Below are positions 15,985 to 28,696 of a stretch of DNA of 64,000 bases, one piece after another; position 1 is the first letter of the stretch, and every line of letters begins with the position of its first letter. The translations under genes were made by a program, and so were the position numbers. Origin of the DNA: the human T2T-CHM13v2.0 reference genome, Homo sapiens; assembly GCF_009914755.1 (NCBI RefSeq), contig NC_060928.1. One strand, given 5' to 3'. Under the pieces are notes generated by a model that had not been told where the DNA came from, searched no databases, and saw nothing but the letters and a program-made list of their open reading frames with translations.

Positions 15985-16800
15985 CAAAAAATGCAAAATT
16001 AAAAACACACGTAACAAGTGTGACTACGTGCTCACTAGCATGGCTGAACAAAATACTGATAATAGCAAGCCCTGGTGAAAATATGGACCAACTGGACCTC
16101 TCGCATACTATTTATGGGAATGTAAACTACTGTAACTACTTTGAAAATATTTAGCATGTTTTTATAAAGTTAAATATAAACTTATATTATGACCCAACTT
16201 TATTACTGAGAAATGAAAGCTTATGTCCGTAAAAAAAAGCTTGTACTTAAATGTTCACGGCAGCTTTATTCATAATAGCCCCAAACTGAAACCAACTCAA
16301 ATATCCATGAATAGGCCAATGGAGAAGCAAATGATGGCATACCAAGGGATGTGTCTCGACAACAAAACAGAATGCATACATACCCTCAAAACTACTTCAG
16401 TGAGATAATTCAGATTAAAACACTACAGACTATATGATCCTATTTGTACGAAGTTCTAGAACAGATTAAAGTGATATGTGGTGATAGAAATTCGATCAGG
16501 GTTTGTGTGGGATGAGTGGTCGGGAAGGTCATTTGGAAGGGACCAAAAAGGATGTCTCAGAATGGTGAAAATATTCTTATATCTAAAATGTGATGGTGGT
16601 TACCTTGTTGTATACATTGTCATGGGCCTATACATTGGTGTGTTTACAATGGGTGTGTCTATTGTATGTGGGTGTATACATTGGTCAAATGTATTATACT
16701 CTGTGTTTAAAATAGGTGCATTATTTTTATTATATGCAAATCATGTCCCAATAAATTTTATAAAACTTTTAAATTTAAAATTATATGTTAACTGTAAAAA
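15985..16800 (+). mobile_element. Old L1ME/MD-type 3' fragment
   Basis: GGGAATGTAAA, AATGTTCACGGCAGCTTTATTCATAATAGCCCCAAACTGAAA and GAAGTTCTAGAACAG are L1M 3' motifs. Confidence 0.7.
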
Positions 16801-17036
16801 GAGAGAAAACAGACATCTTCAACTCTTGTTTTATTTCTACTCTTACTGCTGAGAAGAAGGTAGCAGAATTGACATTGATAAAAAAATCACCAAAATCAAG
16901 TTAATGCAGAAGATTGTATGGTAGCGTCTAGCTCTTCCAAATAAGTTCAAATTTTAAAACACAGAAGTTATACCCTGTGTATGTTGGTCAGTGTTCTTCA
17001 TTGCCATAAATAGAATTCACTCTGGTGGATTTAAAC

Positions 17037-17408
17037 TGCTATGGACTGAATCGTTTCTCCCTCAAAATTCTTGTGTTGAAGGCCTCGCCCTCACTGTTCC
17101 TATATACAGAGATAGGACCTTCTTGGATGTAACTAAGGGTTAATGAGGTTGCAAGGATGGGGCCCTGAGTTGATAAAGTTGGTATCTTTACAGAAAGGCA
17201 ACCAGCGAGCTCGCTCTCTTTCCTCCATGTGAGGACATAGCGAGAAGGCAGCCACTTGCAAGACAGGAAGAGAGCCCTCACCAGAAACCAATCTACCAGA
17301 CCTTCACCGACGAGCTACAGCCTCCAGAACTGTGAGAAAATAGACTTCTATTATTTAAGCCGCACAGTCTATAGTATTTTGTTGTGACAGCCCAAGCAGC
17401 CTAATTCA
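17037..17408 (+). mobile_element. MLT1A-type MaLR solo LTR
   Basis: Starts TGCTATGGACTGAAT; contains CAGCCTCCAGAACTGTGAGAAAATA; ends GCAGCCTAATTCA. Confidence 0.85.
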
Positions 17409-18269
17409 AGCTGAAGTTCTTTATTACAGGGTGCTAGAGAGCTTGCAGAATCTCTGGGACCACAGGGAAGTCAGTTTTCATTGCTTCTCAAAGATCTGCT
17501 GCTTAAACCTCTGCTGGAGCCCCCAGGAAAACCAAGTGTCTCGGGCTCATATCCACAAGAGGAACCATCATTTCTCCCATGGTCACTGTCTCAGCTGCCT
17601 CCCTTCATTTGCCCCAGTCTCCCACTGGGGTGTGTGCCCGGCAGAGCCTGGGTGGTCCCACCCTCAGAGTCCACACCTCCAGAGCATTGAGGTCCCTTGG
17701 TGGGAAGATTGCTGGGCTGCATTCGGGGACTGTGAGGAGCACTTCAGGGAAGACGGGAAAAGACTGAAAATATTCTCTAGCCGAAAGAGAACTGAAGAAT
17801 CACAGAGCAGACCTGTGAGCCTGATATTCTTTTGCCAAATTTCAAAGCAGGCTATTAAAGAGATAGATTTTGAATATTATAGTGAAAAAAGTAATAATAA
17901 CAAAAGGCAACACAATTTTATCATGAACTAGGTTTCTCAGATTATTATACCTGGTTGATCTCAGAATGACATCTGAGGGTCTCCCATACTATAATTTTCA
18001 CAGGATTCAAAAATGTGAGAGGTTTTTTTTTTTAAGAAAAAACATAATTGATTGATACCATCCTGAAAAGAAGTTCGTAGGTAATCAGCATAAGAAACAA
18101 TTTTTAATATGAGCAGACACGCATCAGCTTACCGAATTTGCACATGACACAGTATCCAGGCACAGGTCAAAAGAGGCTGCCTCTGACAGCCGTTCTAATA
18201 TTTTTTCTGCTGCCTCAACTAGTGTCTTCCCTACTGCCCCCACCATCACTCTGACTCTTCCTAAGAGCA

Positions 18270-18365
18270 CTGGGTTGGGACGATACTCCACCCACTGTTG
18301 ATCTGTTTGATCAGGGGCAGTCCATTTCACCTCCCAGGGCCGCCAGTTTCTCTTCTGCACACAGA
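18270..18365. mobile_element. MIR fragment
   Basis: CATTTCACCTCCCAGGGCCGCCAGTTTCTCTTCTG resembles the MIR core. Confidence 0.45.
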
Positions 18366-21300
18366 GATGACTCCCAAGGCCTCTTCAGCTTTTAGTCCCC
18401 ATGACTCTTATGAAGCCTTTGGGCTTGGCAGCACTTTTTTTCCCCTCTGAAAACAGTTTTTAATTTGCCCTTACCTGTGGATGGGTTCCCTGAAGCTATC
18501 CAATTGATATGTCACTGAGCATTTGGAAATTGTCGTTATGAAGGGCAGTTGAAGAGTAAATTTTTTTTTCTGCGACATCTTTGTTCACAGCTGTGCCTTG
18601 TAGTATACCCAGGGAGGGATTTAAAAACAAACAAAAAACTGGAGGGAGAAGAAAGAATGAGGAAAATGATAAATTGTGTTGGAAATCATCTAATGATGAG
18701 CCTGTTCTGGGAAATCCTTAACCACAGGAATGAGCTTCACCTGGTGTTGAGCATTCAAATCCTTCTGGTTGAATGCCAGAGAAGGTGTGAGCTGCAATGA
18801 CTCTAACAAGACTGGGGAATCGGGGCAGCCTCTGCGCTTGGACCCGAGGCCAGCCCAAGACAGTGACACCCGCTACTCGCCCCGCTTTCTTCCTAGCACC
18901 CTCATTACAAGAACAGCAGCCTTTACAGTTAAGCAAAGTGCAAACTCCTCTGACCTTTGGTTCTTCTGCAATAAAGTCAGCTGGCTGCTTTTAATGTTTC
19001 CTTTCATGGCTTTCAGAAAACCCTCCTCCCATGTGAAATGTGAAATTTTGAAAGGGTCCAAGCCGTATCTCACATGGAAAGGGACGCTAGACAGGAATAA
19101 TTTACATCTTAAAGTTATGAACACAAAATTAATTAGAAAATTGAACCAGGGTGAGCGGTAGTGAAAAAACAGCTGTTCCTGTTTTAGCCTCGGTTTCATT
19201 TCTCCCACAGATTCTAAATCTCAGGGAGCTTGTGAACTCAATTCCCTTTAATTGTCTCTATGCAAGCACAGTCATGCTAGTTCAAAGCTCATAAACATCG
19301 AGGTCTAACGTTACTTGTTTGAATGATGCATTCATTCTGGGACTAAGTGTGAGAATGCCAATAAGCCCTCTGCATAACTCAAAAGAGTGTAGGCATTGTG
19401 AGAAAATGAATCGAATAAATGGAAACACTGGATCTCCAAATTCATTTCCAAAATTAAAAACCAGCTACCTACCATTGGTATTTTATACATCTGTATACTT
19501 TCTGGTAAAACATTATTTAAAATAAATTCACAAGTCACGATCCTTGAGCAAAAACTAGCAATACATTTTCTTGGAGCCATTTGACTTCTCAGATTTGTGG
19601 AGAGAAGAAATGAGGACTATTAATAGAGAATTTCTAGGTTTTTGTTACAGTGTTTATGAAGGACCCTGATCCTGTATGCCCCATAGGTCCCTTTTCCACA
19701 GACACGTGAATCAGTGGGAACTGAGAATTCACATTTAACACCAGGTTCTCTGGCCACGCATAAAACACAAATCCTTTCCCCAGAATGCTGCACGTTTTAA
19801 CACAGGATCTCTTCTTGCTGAACATGCTGAAACTGTCCATTCCCTTGCTCTGTTACCTGCTCTTCATATTCTGCTGAGAACAAATGTGTCAAATGAACAG
19901 ATTGCTCTGACAGTCAGCTTTTGTCAAACTAGGAAAATTATACCCAGGCCTTGTCAGGAAAACAAGCTTTGGAGTCTTCTGGATGCACCTGTGAAGCTGG
20001 CCCTGCTCACAGCTGCACACCCTCCTGGCATTCCAACATTGGCCACGTTGATTCAAAGCACAACCGATGAGAAATCTCTCAGGCAACCTCTCCTTCAGCT
20101 GACACAGCCAACTGGCTATGAGCAAGTGTTTGTCAAGGCCCAGTCGGAATTGCTGACCATAAAACATAAGATAATGAGCAAAAATTAGCTCTGGAAGAGA
20201 AGTTTCAGTTGTCTGCACTTGTCCTTTCCAGGTTTTATGGCCCCTGGAAACCCAGGAATTCATTACTTCATCCTCCTTCGTGTTTTAGTATTTCAGGGGA
20301 GTTTGTGATATTCTCTAAATTGGTTTACCTTTCATTTAGGATTAGGAAAATAGTTGAATTATCATTAATAGTGTGAGTCTGCTAATTTGCTTGTGATGGT
20401 TAAGAATTCCCTGTTGAAGAAGATAGCCAAAGATTCTTCGCGGGGGCTGTATCACCTGGAGCTTTTCCCTCTGGTGTGTTTCTGATCCATCTTTGACCCA
20501 GGGTATCTGAGGCCCGTCTGGTGCGCTGAAGGCTTTTTGGTGAGCTCTAGATGGATTTTAAGATTTTTACATAAATCTCAGGATGGCTGGGAAGTTATCA
20601 CAACACAAAGTAAGACGGAAATAGAGATGACCTTTCTTGCTCCATTACTGTCATTGGATGCTGGCTAATTTGAAAGTAGCAAAATGATGTGTCTACCTCT
20701 AGTTATAACTCAGTTTCCAAACAAATTATATATTGCTATAAAGGTAAAACCTACACTCATACTCTTGTATGTGAGGTAAATTTTTTTCTAAGAAGAAATG
20801 ACTAATTTTTAAAGTAATTTTATAACCAATTCTACCTGTGTTTACCATTTGCTTCCAACCAAAAGTTTAATTTGGACTTGATCTTTCAGAAGATTGGAAC
20901 ATTTTGTTCATAAATACTGTTTTTTTCTTTCTGGTTTTAATGGGCTGACCTAACCCCTACCCCCATTGAGGTTCTGTGGTATATTTATTTAGCAATCAAC
21001 TATTGGGATGAAAAAATAATGGTCCCTAGCACACGAAACCATGAATGTATTGCTTATTACACTTTGCTAGAATTTAGTATAAACACATAGATACAAGCAT
21101 CATATTAAACAGCTATGAAATTATTGTACAATTGACAAATGAAATTTGAAAGATACTTCTTTAAGTATCTCTCAGAGTTCATTCTGCCAAGAATAATTTT
21201 CTTTAATTAATTGGTTAGGCATTTATTTAAGCCATTTCTTTAAATTCTAGGGCAGAGGCAACAATCTATGTCTAATTTGTTTTCCCAATTACAAGTGGAT

Positions 21301-22409
21301 TTGTACTGAAAATTGAAAGGTGAACTGGAGCTGACAAACTTATTTTAGGATATCTTGCAGTTAGCATAAGTTAACCAAACGCCACAGAACTTTTAGATTC
21401 AGCTGGCAGTGAGAAGTGTGTATTCAGATGAGTTTATGAATTTTCATCTTGTTTCTAATCTTTAAATAATTTGCTCTCTTTTATATGTTCTTTCTCAGCC
21501 TGTTGCAGTAACTAAAAAAAAAAAATCCTGTTCTGAAATCATATCGACTCTGAAACTAAATCTATCCAGTGATTAAACAGTGCTCTTCTCTCTTCTCTGT
21601 ACACTTTGCCTTATAATTCTCTCAAGGCATCTATGTAATTATTCATTTGTCCTTGAAGTTTTGCCAACTTTTATTTGTTATGAGCCCATGAATTCAGTAT
21701 CTGGAAGATGCCATTACTCCCACATTACATTTGACCATATTACAGGATCAGATGTAGTAAATATAACACACAAAACTCATGGGTTTTCTGCGGAGGGGCC
21801 GTACAATACCCAACGAAGTGTGAGAGGTGAAAGAACCTTGAAGTGTCGTAGATGCAAAAAAATATGTGAATGTAAGTTCTGATCTATGGGAGCTGAAGGA
21901 AGTAGCAAGGACACCTCCTGATTTGATAGTTGGAGCATTTAAGGACGGAAGATAAAGCAGAAATGTGATTTGTAGCCACCACCAAACATACCTTCCTTGC
22001 TAATACCAGGCCTTTTAACAGCCTTCTTTTGAAAACGCTTTCTGCACTATGGATGTGTTGTATTTCTATGCTTTTGACAATTGAGTAGACTGTTTATTAA
22101 CCTCCTAGGAAAAGGATCCAACCTAATTTTTATTGTTAGTGAGATAACTGTTCATCACATAGTGGTTTCCTTAACAGAGTGAATGACTGACATACTCACC
22201 TTAGGAAGTCTGTAAAACAATACAATTCCAATTACTCCAGGCAATTTGTGTTGTTCTGTCTGGTTTTTAAACAATTCTTTTAGCAGCTGGGCCATTTTAA
22301 AAAGGGCATCACTCACAAGAGACGAGTGTATAGAATTGATTACAGTAAGGACAGCACATGGGGTACCTCATTCTCCCCGAGGGCTTGACATGGACCCCAT
22401 GTGGGTTTG

Positions 22410-23025
22410 TGCACACACATTGCATGGATCCCCCATAGATGCATATACACATACACACACTGCATGGAACCCCTGTACGCATACACACACACACACACAC
22501 ACTGCACGGAACTCCTGTATGCATACGCACACGCACTCACACTGCACGGAACCCCTGTACGCATATACACACAGGCACACACGCACTCACACTGCACGGA
22601 ACTCCCGTATGCATATACACACAGGCACACACGCACTCACACTGCATGGAACCCCTGTACGCATATATACACACAGGCACACACACACACACACACACTG
22701 CACGGAACCCCTGTACGCATACGCGCACACACACACACTGCACGGAACTCCTGTATGCATATACACACAGGCACACACGCACTCACACTGCACGGAACTC
22801 CTGTACGCATATACACACACACACGCACTCACACACACTGCACAGAACCCCTGTATGCATATACACACACACACACGCACTCACACTGCACGGAACCCCT
22901 GTATGCATACACACACACACACGCGCACTCACTCTGCATGGACCCCGTACCTGCATGTACACACACACACACTGCACAGAACCCCTGTATGCATGTACAC
23001 ACACATACTGCACAGATGCACACAC
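22410..23025. repeat. CA-rich compound minisatellite, core CACTGCACGGAAC(C/T)CCTGTA(C/T)GCATA plus variable (CA)n, 40-55 bp period
   Basis: About 12 copies of the core separated by variable CA tracts. Confidence 0.9.
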
Positions 23026-23269
23026 CTCCCCCGCATGGAAACCTTCTCAAGGTCACTCAGTTAGCAAATGACACAGCTAAACCTTGAAATCACTCAGACT
23101 GGCTCTGGAGTGAGGCCATAGAATAGTGTCTTCAAGGAACAAACTAAAACTGGTGATAACAAAACGGCTAGCAGCACTTTAGGGAAAAAGAACACATTTA
23201 ATAAGTGGCTGGAAGAGATCATGTAGTAGGTTCATTTTCAAACCGTGTCCCTTAGATCTCCAGTTTCTT

Positions 23270-23430
23270 AACCTCTTTGACCCCGTGTGTTCTAATCTGT
23301 AAGGGGATATAATAACCGTAACTACCTCAGAGGATTGTTTTGTGTATTAAATGATTTAATCCACATGCAGCCTTTAAAATACTGCCTGGCATATACTAAG
23401 CACTTAATAAGCTTCAGCTACTATTATTCA
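23270..23430. mobile_element. MIR
   Basis: TTAACCTCTTTGACCCCGTGTGTTCTAATCTGTAA...ACCTCAGAGGATTGTT...TGCCTGGCATAT. Confidence 0.7.
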
Positions 23431-24343
23431 ATTCGTAAACCGAGTGCCTACAATGAACAATGCACTGAGGGTTTTAGGGGATAAAGAGAGTCAGTAATAC
23501 CTAATCCTAGACCACAAGAAGTTTGCAACATACTTAGATAGGAACTAGATAAGTGCTTTAAAAAATTTCTAAGTTTTTTGAGGATGCCGATACCCAAAAC
23601 ATTCTCCAGTCCACTGGGACCTTGCTGAAAGGGAAGGGAATGGATGCAAACTGCAATGTGTGGTTGCCAGTGTCCAAGTCATTAGCAATGGGTGGCAAAT
23701 GCCCAGTTGCTCCAGGCAGCAGACTCTCTGATACACTACAATGAATCAAGGAGGACCACCACCCTTCCTCCACAGCCTAACTACAGGATTGGCATGAAGC
23801 CAGGCAGAGGAGCTGCCCACCCAGCTGCTTGAACCAGACCCTAGCATGTGTAACGCCTGGAGAGGTCCCAAGTGCAGCATACCAGAGTGAAAAAGCAAAA
23901 AAAGAACAAATATATCCTGCCTGAAAACTGAGTTTCGGCACCTCACCCTGCTCACTGGAGCACCATAGCTAATGAATGCCAGGTTCTCACCAAACTCACC
24001 AGATTAATCGATCCGTCTCCTGGAAGGAGGAGCAAGTAAGGGGACTCAGTTGTCCTCAAGAGAGTCAGATGACACCACTGTGGGAAAGAAGAGGTTAAAA
24101 TTGAAAGAGGTTCACACGGTGACAGGGATACCAAATTGTCCTGAAATGAGCAGCACAGTCTTGTAAAATGAAGAACTGTCCTGCTCAATGCGTCACGGAT
24201 GCCCCCGATAAGAAATGGTAGAAAGAACAACAGGAACACCCTCTCCAAATTTTTCCCGCAGAATTAGGGTAATGGCGGGAAGTCCCTTCTCTATGACCCT
24301 AGGTGCAAAAGTAGGGGGAAAAAGAAAAGCATTCTCCACTCCA

Positions 24344-24346
<3 letters not shown>

Positions 24347-24383
<37 letters not shown>
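24347..24383. repeat. (CA)n microsatellite
   Basis: Direct observation. Confidence 0.95.
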
Positions 24384-24628
24384 AAAAGATCACTTCTAAC
24401 TGCAATCATGAAGTCTCCCAAGGAAAAAAATCAAGGTCCTAGCAGCAAGAATTTTTTTATAGATGTCGAGATATGCAAGAAGCAGAGAGGGGGTAGTATG
24501 GAAAAGGAATAGGGACAGAAAAACAGAGGGTACAGGCAAGAAAGGGCAAATGGGCGTAATGTACAAGTAGGTGCCAGAGCTGGAGAAGCACGGGAGCTGC
24601 CTTCAAGGTCCCTGGGTCAGAATCCATG

Positions 24629-24729
24629 GGTGGTGACCATTCTGCAATGCTGGATCTCAGCCTGTACACAGTGGAGAAGGTGGTGACCATTCTGCAACGC
24701 TGGATCTCAGCCTGTACACAGTGGAGAAG
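24629..24729. repeat. 50-bp tandem duplication (2 copies, 1 mismatch)
   Basis: GGTGGTGACCATTCTGCAA(T/C)GCTGGATCTCAGCCTGTACACAGTGGAGAA at 24629 and 24679. Confidence 0.95.
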
Positions 24730-25577
24730 CACTGCCTATGTGGACTGGAGAAAGTAGACAGTCAGAGAAGCAGCAGATTAAAAGGATTCGACTAACAACA
24801 GACACAATTTAGAAGGCTGCTTTGGTTGTCCCAGCAAGAATATCACAGATATTCTTCCTTCTTCAAACTTAGATCAACACAATTTTTATGCATACACGTT
24901 GAATGTTTGTATGCAACACATCTTAGCGTATAAGTACATCATGTTCTTTACAATTATTTTATCCAAATTGCACTGAGATCATTCTGAACTCTGAATTAGA
25001 ACTGGAGCAAGCCTTAGTAGTCATTTGATCCAACCCTCTCGATTTTTCACTGTAGGAATCTGAAGATAAGGAAAGTTGAAGGTATCCTTACCAAGGTCAC
25101 AGAGACAGCTAATGACTTTATAAGTTTTGGAAAACAAGTACTATGTCTTACATTTCTAATAGAATGTTATTTAATTTTGAAAACATCTTTTAATCCAGCA
25201 CTTTGAAAGTGATCAGCTTTTAATGGAATGCCTTTTGCCCATGAAAATTGAACTTTTGAAAATAACGTCTGGTTAAACAAAACAAAACAGAAAATCCTCT
25301 CACAACAGATGTAGTGTAACCAGATTACAACTTAATCTCACAACTGACCTTCAAAGAAAATACTAAATTTCTGTGTTCAGATACTTCCTGAATGGGGTAA
25401 CTAGGTTATCATTTTAAACATCCTCATTATGTAATAACAAAAATGTCACCCTGAATTCATCCAATCACAAGATTTTTGACATAAAAATATTTCCCATAAA
25501 TATAAAAATGATTGTCTATAAATAATAAAGCCATGAACAATAGCCATAGAGCTAAGATATTAAATCTTAAGAACAAT

Positions 25578-26007
25578 AGCCATAAAAAAGGATGACTTCA
25601 TTTCCTTTGTAGAAACATGGATGAAGCTGGAAACCATCATTCTGAGCAAACTATTGCCAAGGACAGAAAACCAAACACCACATGTTCTCACTCATAGGTG
25701 GCAATTGAACAATGAGAACACATGGACACAGGGTGGGGAACATCACACACCAGGGTTTGTTGTGGGGTGGGGGGAGGGGGGAGGGAGAGCATTAGGAAAA
25801 ATACCTAATGTAAATGATGAGTTAATGGGTGCAGCACACCAACATGGCACATGTATACATTTGTAACAAGCCTGCACGTTGTGCACATGTACCCTAGAAC
25901 TTAAAGTATAATAATAATAAAAAAAAAGAAAAAGAAAGAAAGAAGAAAGAAAGAAGACAGAAAGAAAGAAAGGAAGAAAGAAAGAAGGAAAGAAAGAGAA
26001 AGAAAGA
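25578..26007 (+). mobile_element. Short 5'-truncated L1PA (about L1PA5-7) 3' end with a (GAAA)n-decayed tail
   Basis: ORF2 end (MKLETIILSKL), G-rich 3'UTR tract, CTTAAAGTATAATAATAA tail. TSD AAGAACAATAGCCAT (25569-25583) / AAGAACAGTAGCCAT (26008-26022). Confidence 0.92.
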
Positions 26008-28409
26008 AAGAACAGTAGCCATGAAGCTAGGATATTAAATATGTGTCACATTTTATTAGTGAGGAAGGTTCTGTTCTCAGTATGAGTTCAGCCATTCTTT
26101 CTTTCTGGGGATTTTATATTATTGGTGCTTGATTTAAAGAGGTGAATTCTTAGAATAAAAATATGGCAAAGAACTCATTGGCCAACTTTTCAGATGTTTT
26201 GCGGGCTTTGCGTATCTAAAAGATAGCTAAGAATGTAGCCCTCCTCTGATCATTAGATTGTGCCTTCTGTTGAATAACAACATCTCTTCAAGAACAATCT
26301 CTGTAAACCACCTCACACACTTTTCATTGAAGCTTAAATAGAAATGTTCATTAATTAAATATACAGTATGTTTTAAATACTTCCTTGGTTTTATTCCATC
26401 TCCAAAGTGACCTCTAAGCAGGTTTAAGTAAATGCTTTAAAAAATATCAATTATTGGAGGTCTGAGTGCTTTTAGCTATAGCTGCCCAAGTGAGTTGGCA
26501 AAAAGGAGATGAGGTTTTCAGATGCTTCAGGGCAAGGATGTGCTTTCCCCTAGCCTATGGGGTAATAACCCTCTGATTCCTTCACTGGTTCCAAAGTCTA
26601 TATTTAGGCTTACAAGTGTTTTAGAATAAAAATATCATGATATTTTTCTTTTTTAAAAAATTCCAATTTAGCTACTTCACAGACAATGTTTTGTATATTC
26701 TACCATTTTCCTTAATTCCGATGATAGAAAAAGACAATGATTTCCCATCCCTCAAAGTTTCCAAAGAAAGGTGGAAACTTCCATTCTACTCCCAGTTGGG
26801 AAAAGTATAAAAGCAACGTCGTTAGTCCCCCTTTAAACCCTTCCACTGGCCCCAGGGAGACAGGAGTGACTATTAATTAGGGCCTTAGAAAAGAAACCCT
26901 CTGGGTTTACTTTTTTTTTTTTTTAAGATCATCTTGTTGAAAACACAGCTGAGAACTTCTGCACCACTGCTAATTGATCAGTATGTAGAGATTTTTTTTT
27001 TTGTTCATCTGTGTGATTTATCTTTCTTCCTTCTCCTTTTATCTCAAATTTCAAATGGTTTAGAATTGGGAGATACACAGATTAGAAGACAGCAAATTCA
27101 ATCACAAATTTACAAGGAAAACTAAAGTACCACATTGTAAGATACATTCCAAGTTTAAAATGGCCGATGTAGGGAAAGGAGAGTATGGAAAACACAGTAT
27201 TTGGAAAATATTTAACAGATATGTTTATTTTTTCCACCACAATTAAGTATCTAATTGGTAATCAACATTTGTCTAAGGGAAGATGATACCTGAACTTCAG
27301 TACAGCGTTATGAGTGGAGTAGCACCTCCCTTACTGAATGAAGCCACAAGGTTCCCACCGTTGTCTTTCTCCTGGCAGCATCATCCAGGACTAAAATGTC
27401 AAGTCTTCCTCCTGGGTGTCAGTCTGTATCCCAGCCCCACTACAGCTGTACGGACTCCTCAGCTAACATAACGCTGTGCTGCAAGGTTATGTGATGATTC
27501 TCCACTTTCCTCAGAGTCTTCACCGGTGCCATCTCAGGCTGTTAGCCCAATCAGGTCCAGGGACTCGGCCAAGCGGACACAGGGTTCTCACTGCAGAGGT
27601 GGAGTCTGAGTGCACCAGGCAAGGAATGAGGCACAAGCACAGACGGGCCTCGGACTAGAGAGAAAACGTGGAGTCAGGTCCCACCAGACTCTGAAATTAG
27701 AAAAATCCAGGTGATGTGGCCATGGGGAATGTCATATCCAGCTCAGGATTTTTCAAATTCGAGCCCCACACGATGGTGATTGCAAAGCCTTCCTGTGAGT
27801 GCCACATGGGAAGAAAAAAAGTCTCTACAGAGGGAAGCTTACAAATTCATCTTGCGAAGACAGTTTAACAGTCTAGGAGGCTCTAGCTTCCACCTAAGCA
27901 TACATAGATTTTCTTAAAGGAGCTATTTATTTAAAATATAAATTGTGTCCCTCAGAACAAAAGATGTAAGATAGCTAACAATTATAACTAGTTTCAGGGA
28001 AAAACAAGTAAACAGCATAATATTTGTTACCAGTTAATGACCCCATAATAAATAATCTGCAATTGATTAAATAATCCTTTAGGCTGAGCCCTGAAATACC
28101 AACATTGGCAAAATTAACGAATCTTCTGTAGGACCTAGTTACCAATAGACTTTAGATCAGCCAGATGGGTGCTCCAGAAAATGCACTGTAAGCTCTTTAG
28201 CCCAATCACAGATATTACGCCAACTACGGGGCCATTCTTCTAACAAAGATAACGCATTTCTTTTGATTAATGACTTGGAGTTTTTCAAATTTTTTTGTAT
28301 TAATGGGTAATCCAAAATAGTTATTTTAGGCCGACAATAAAGCAAAATGCAACCAGGAGTTCACAGCTGTATAATCTGCTCATTGAGCATTTTGGTTCCA
28401 AAATCAGAT

Positions 28410-28680
28410 TGATGAGATTGGAGTCCATGCTCTGGCACATGCTCAGCTCTGAGTCTTTGGGCAAATCACTTAATCACTCTGCCTCCATTTTCTCATCTTT
28501 AACGTTAAAGATGAGAAATAATAGTTTCTATTATTATTTCTATTAATAGTTGTCTATTAATAGAAATAATAGTCAAAATAATAGTTTTTACTTCACAGGT
28601 TACAGTGAAGATCAGCTGATGCAGATACTGATCTGAGAACAGTACCTGGTGCATATTATGTCCTCAATAAATGAAACATT
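28410..28680. mobile_element. MIR carrying inserted palindromes
   Basis: TTGGGCAAATCACTTAATCACTCTGCCTCCATTTTCTCATCT...AGAACAGTACCTGGTGCAT...CTCAATAAATG. Confidence 0.75.
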
Positions 28681-28696
28681 CGTAATATTTTTGGTT

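Noticed and set aside
19886-20263. Overlapping 100-aa and 124-aa ORFs in unique DNA
   Set aside because: No recognisable domain, no convincing flanking splice sites, and lengths compatible with chance.
22246-23087. His/Thr-rich and Cys/Val-rich ORFs of up to 272 aa
   Set aside because: Translations of the CA-rich minisatellite.
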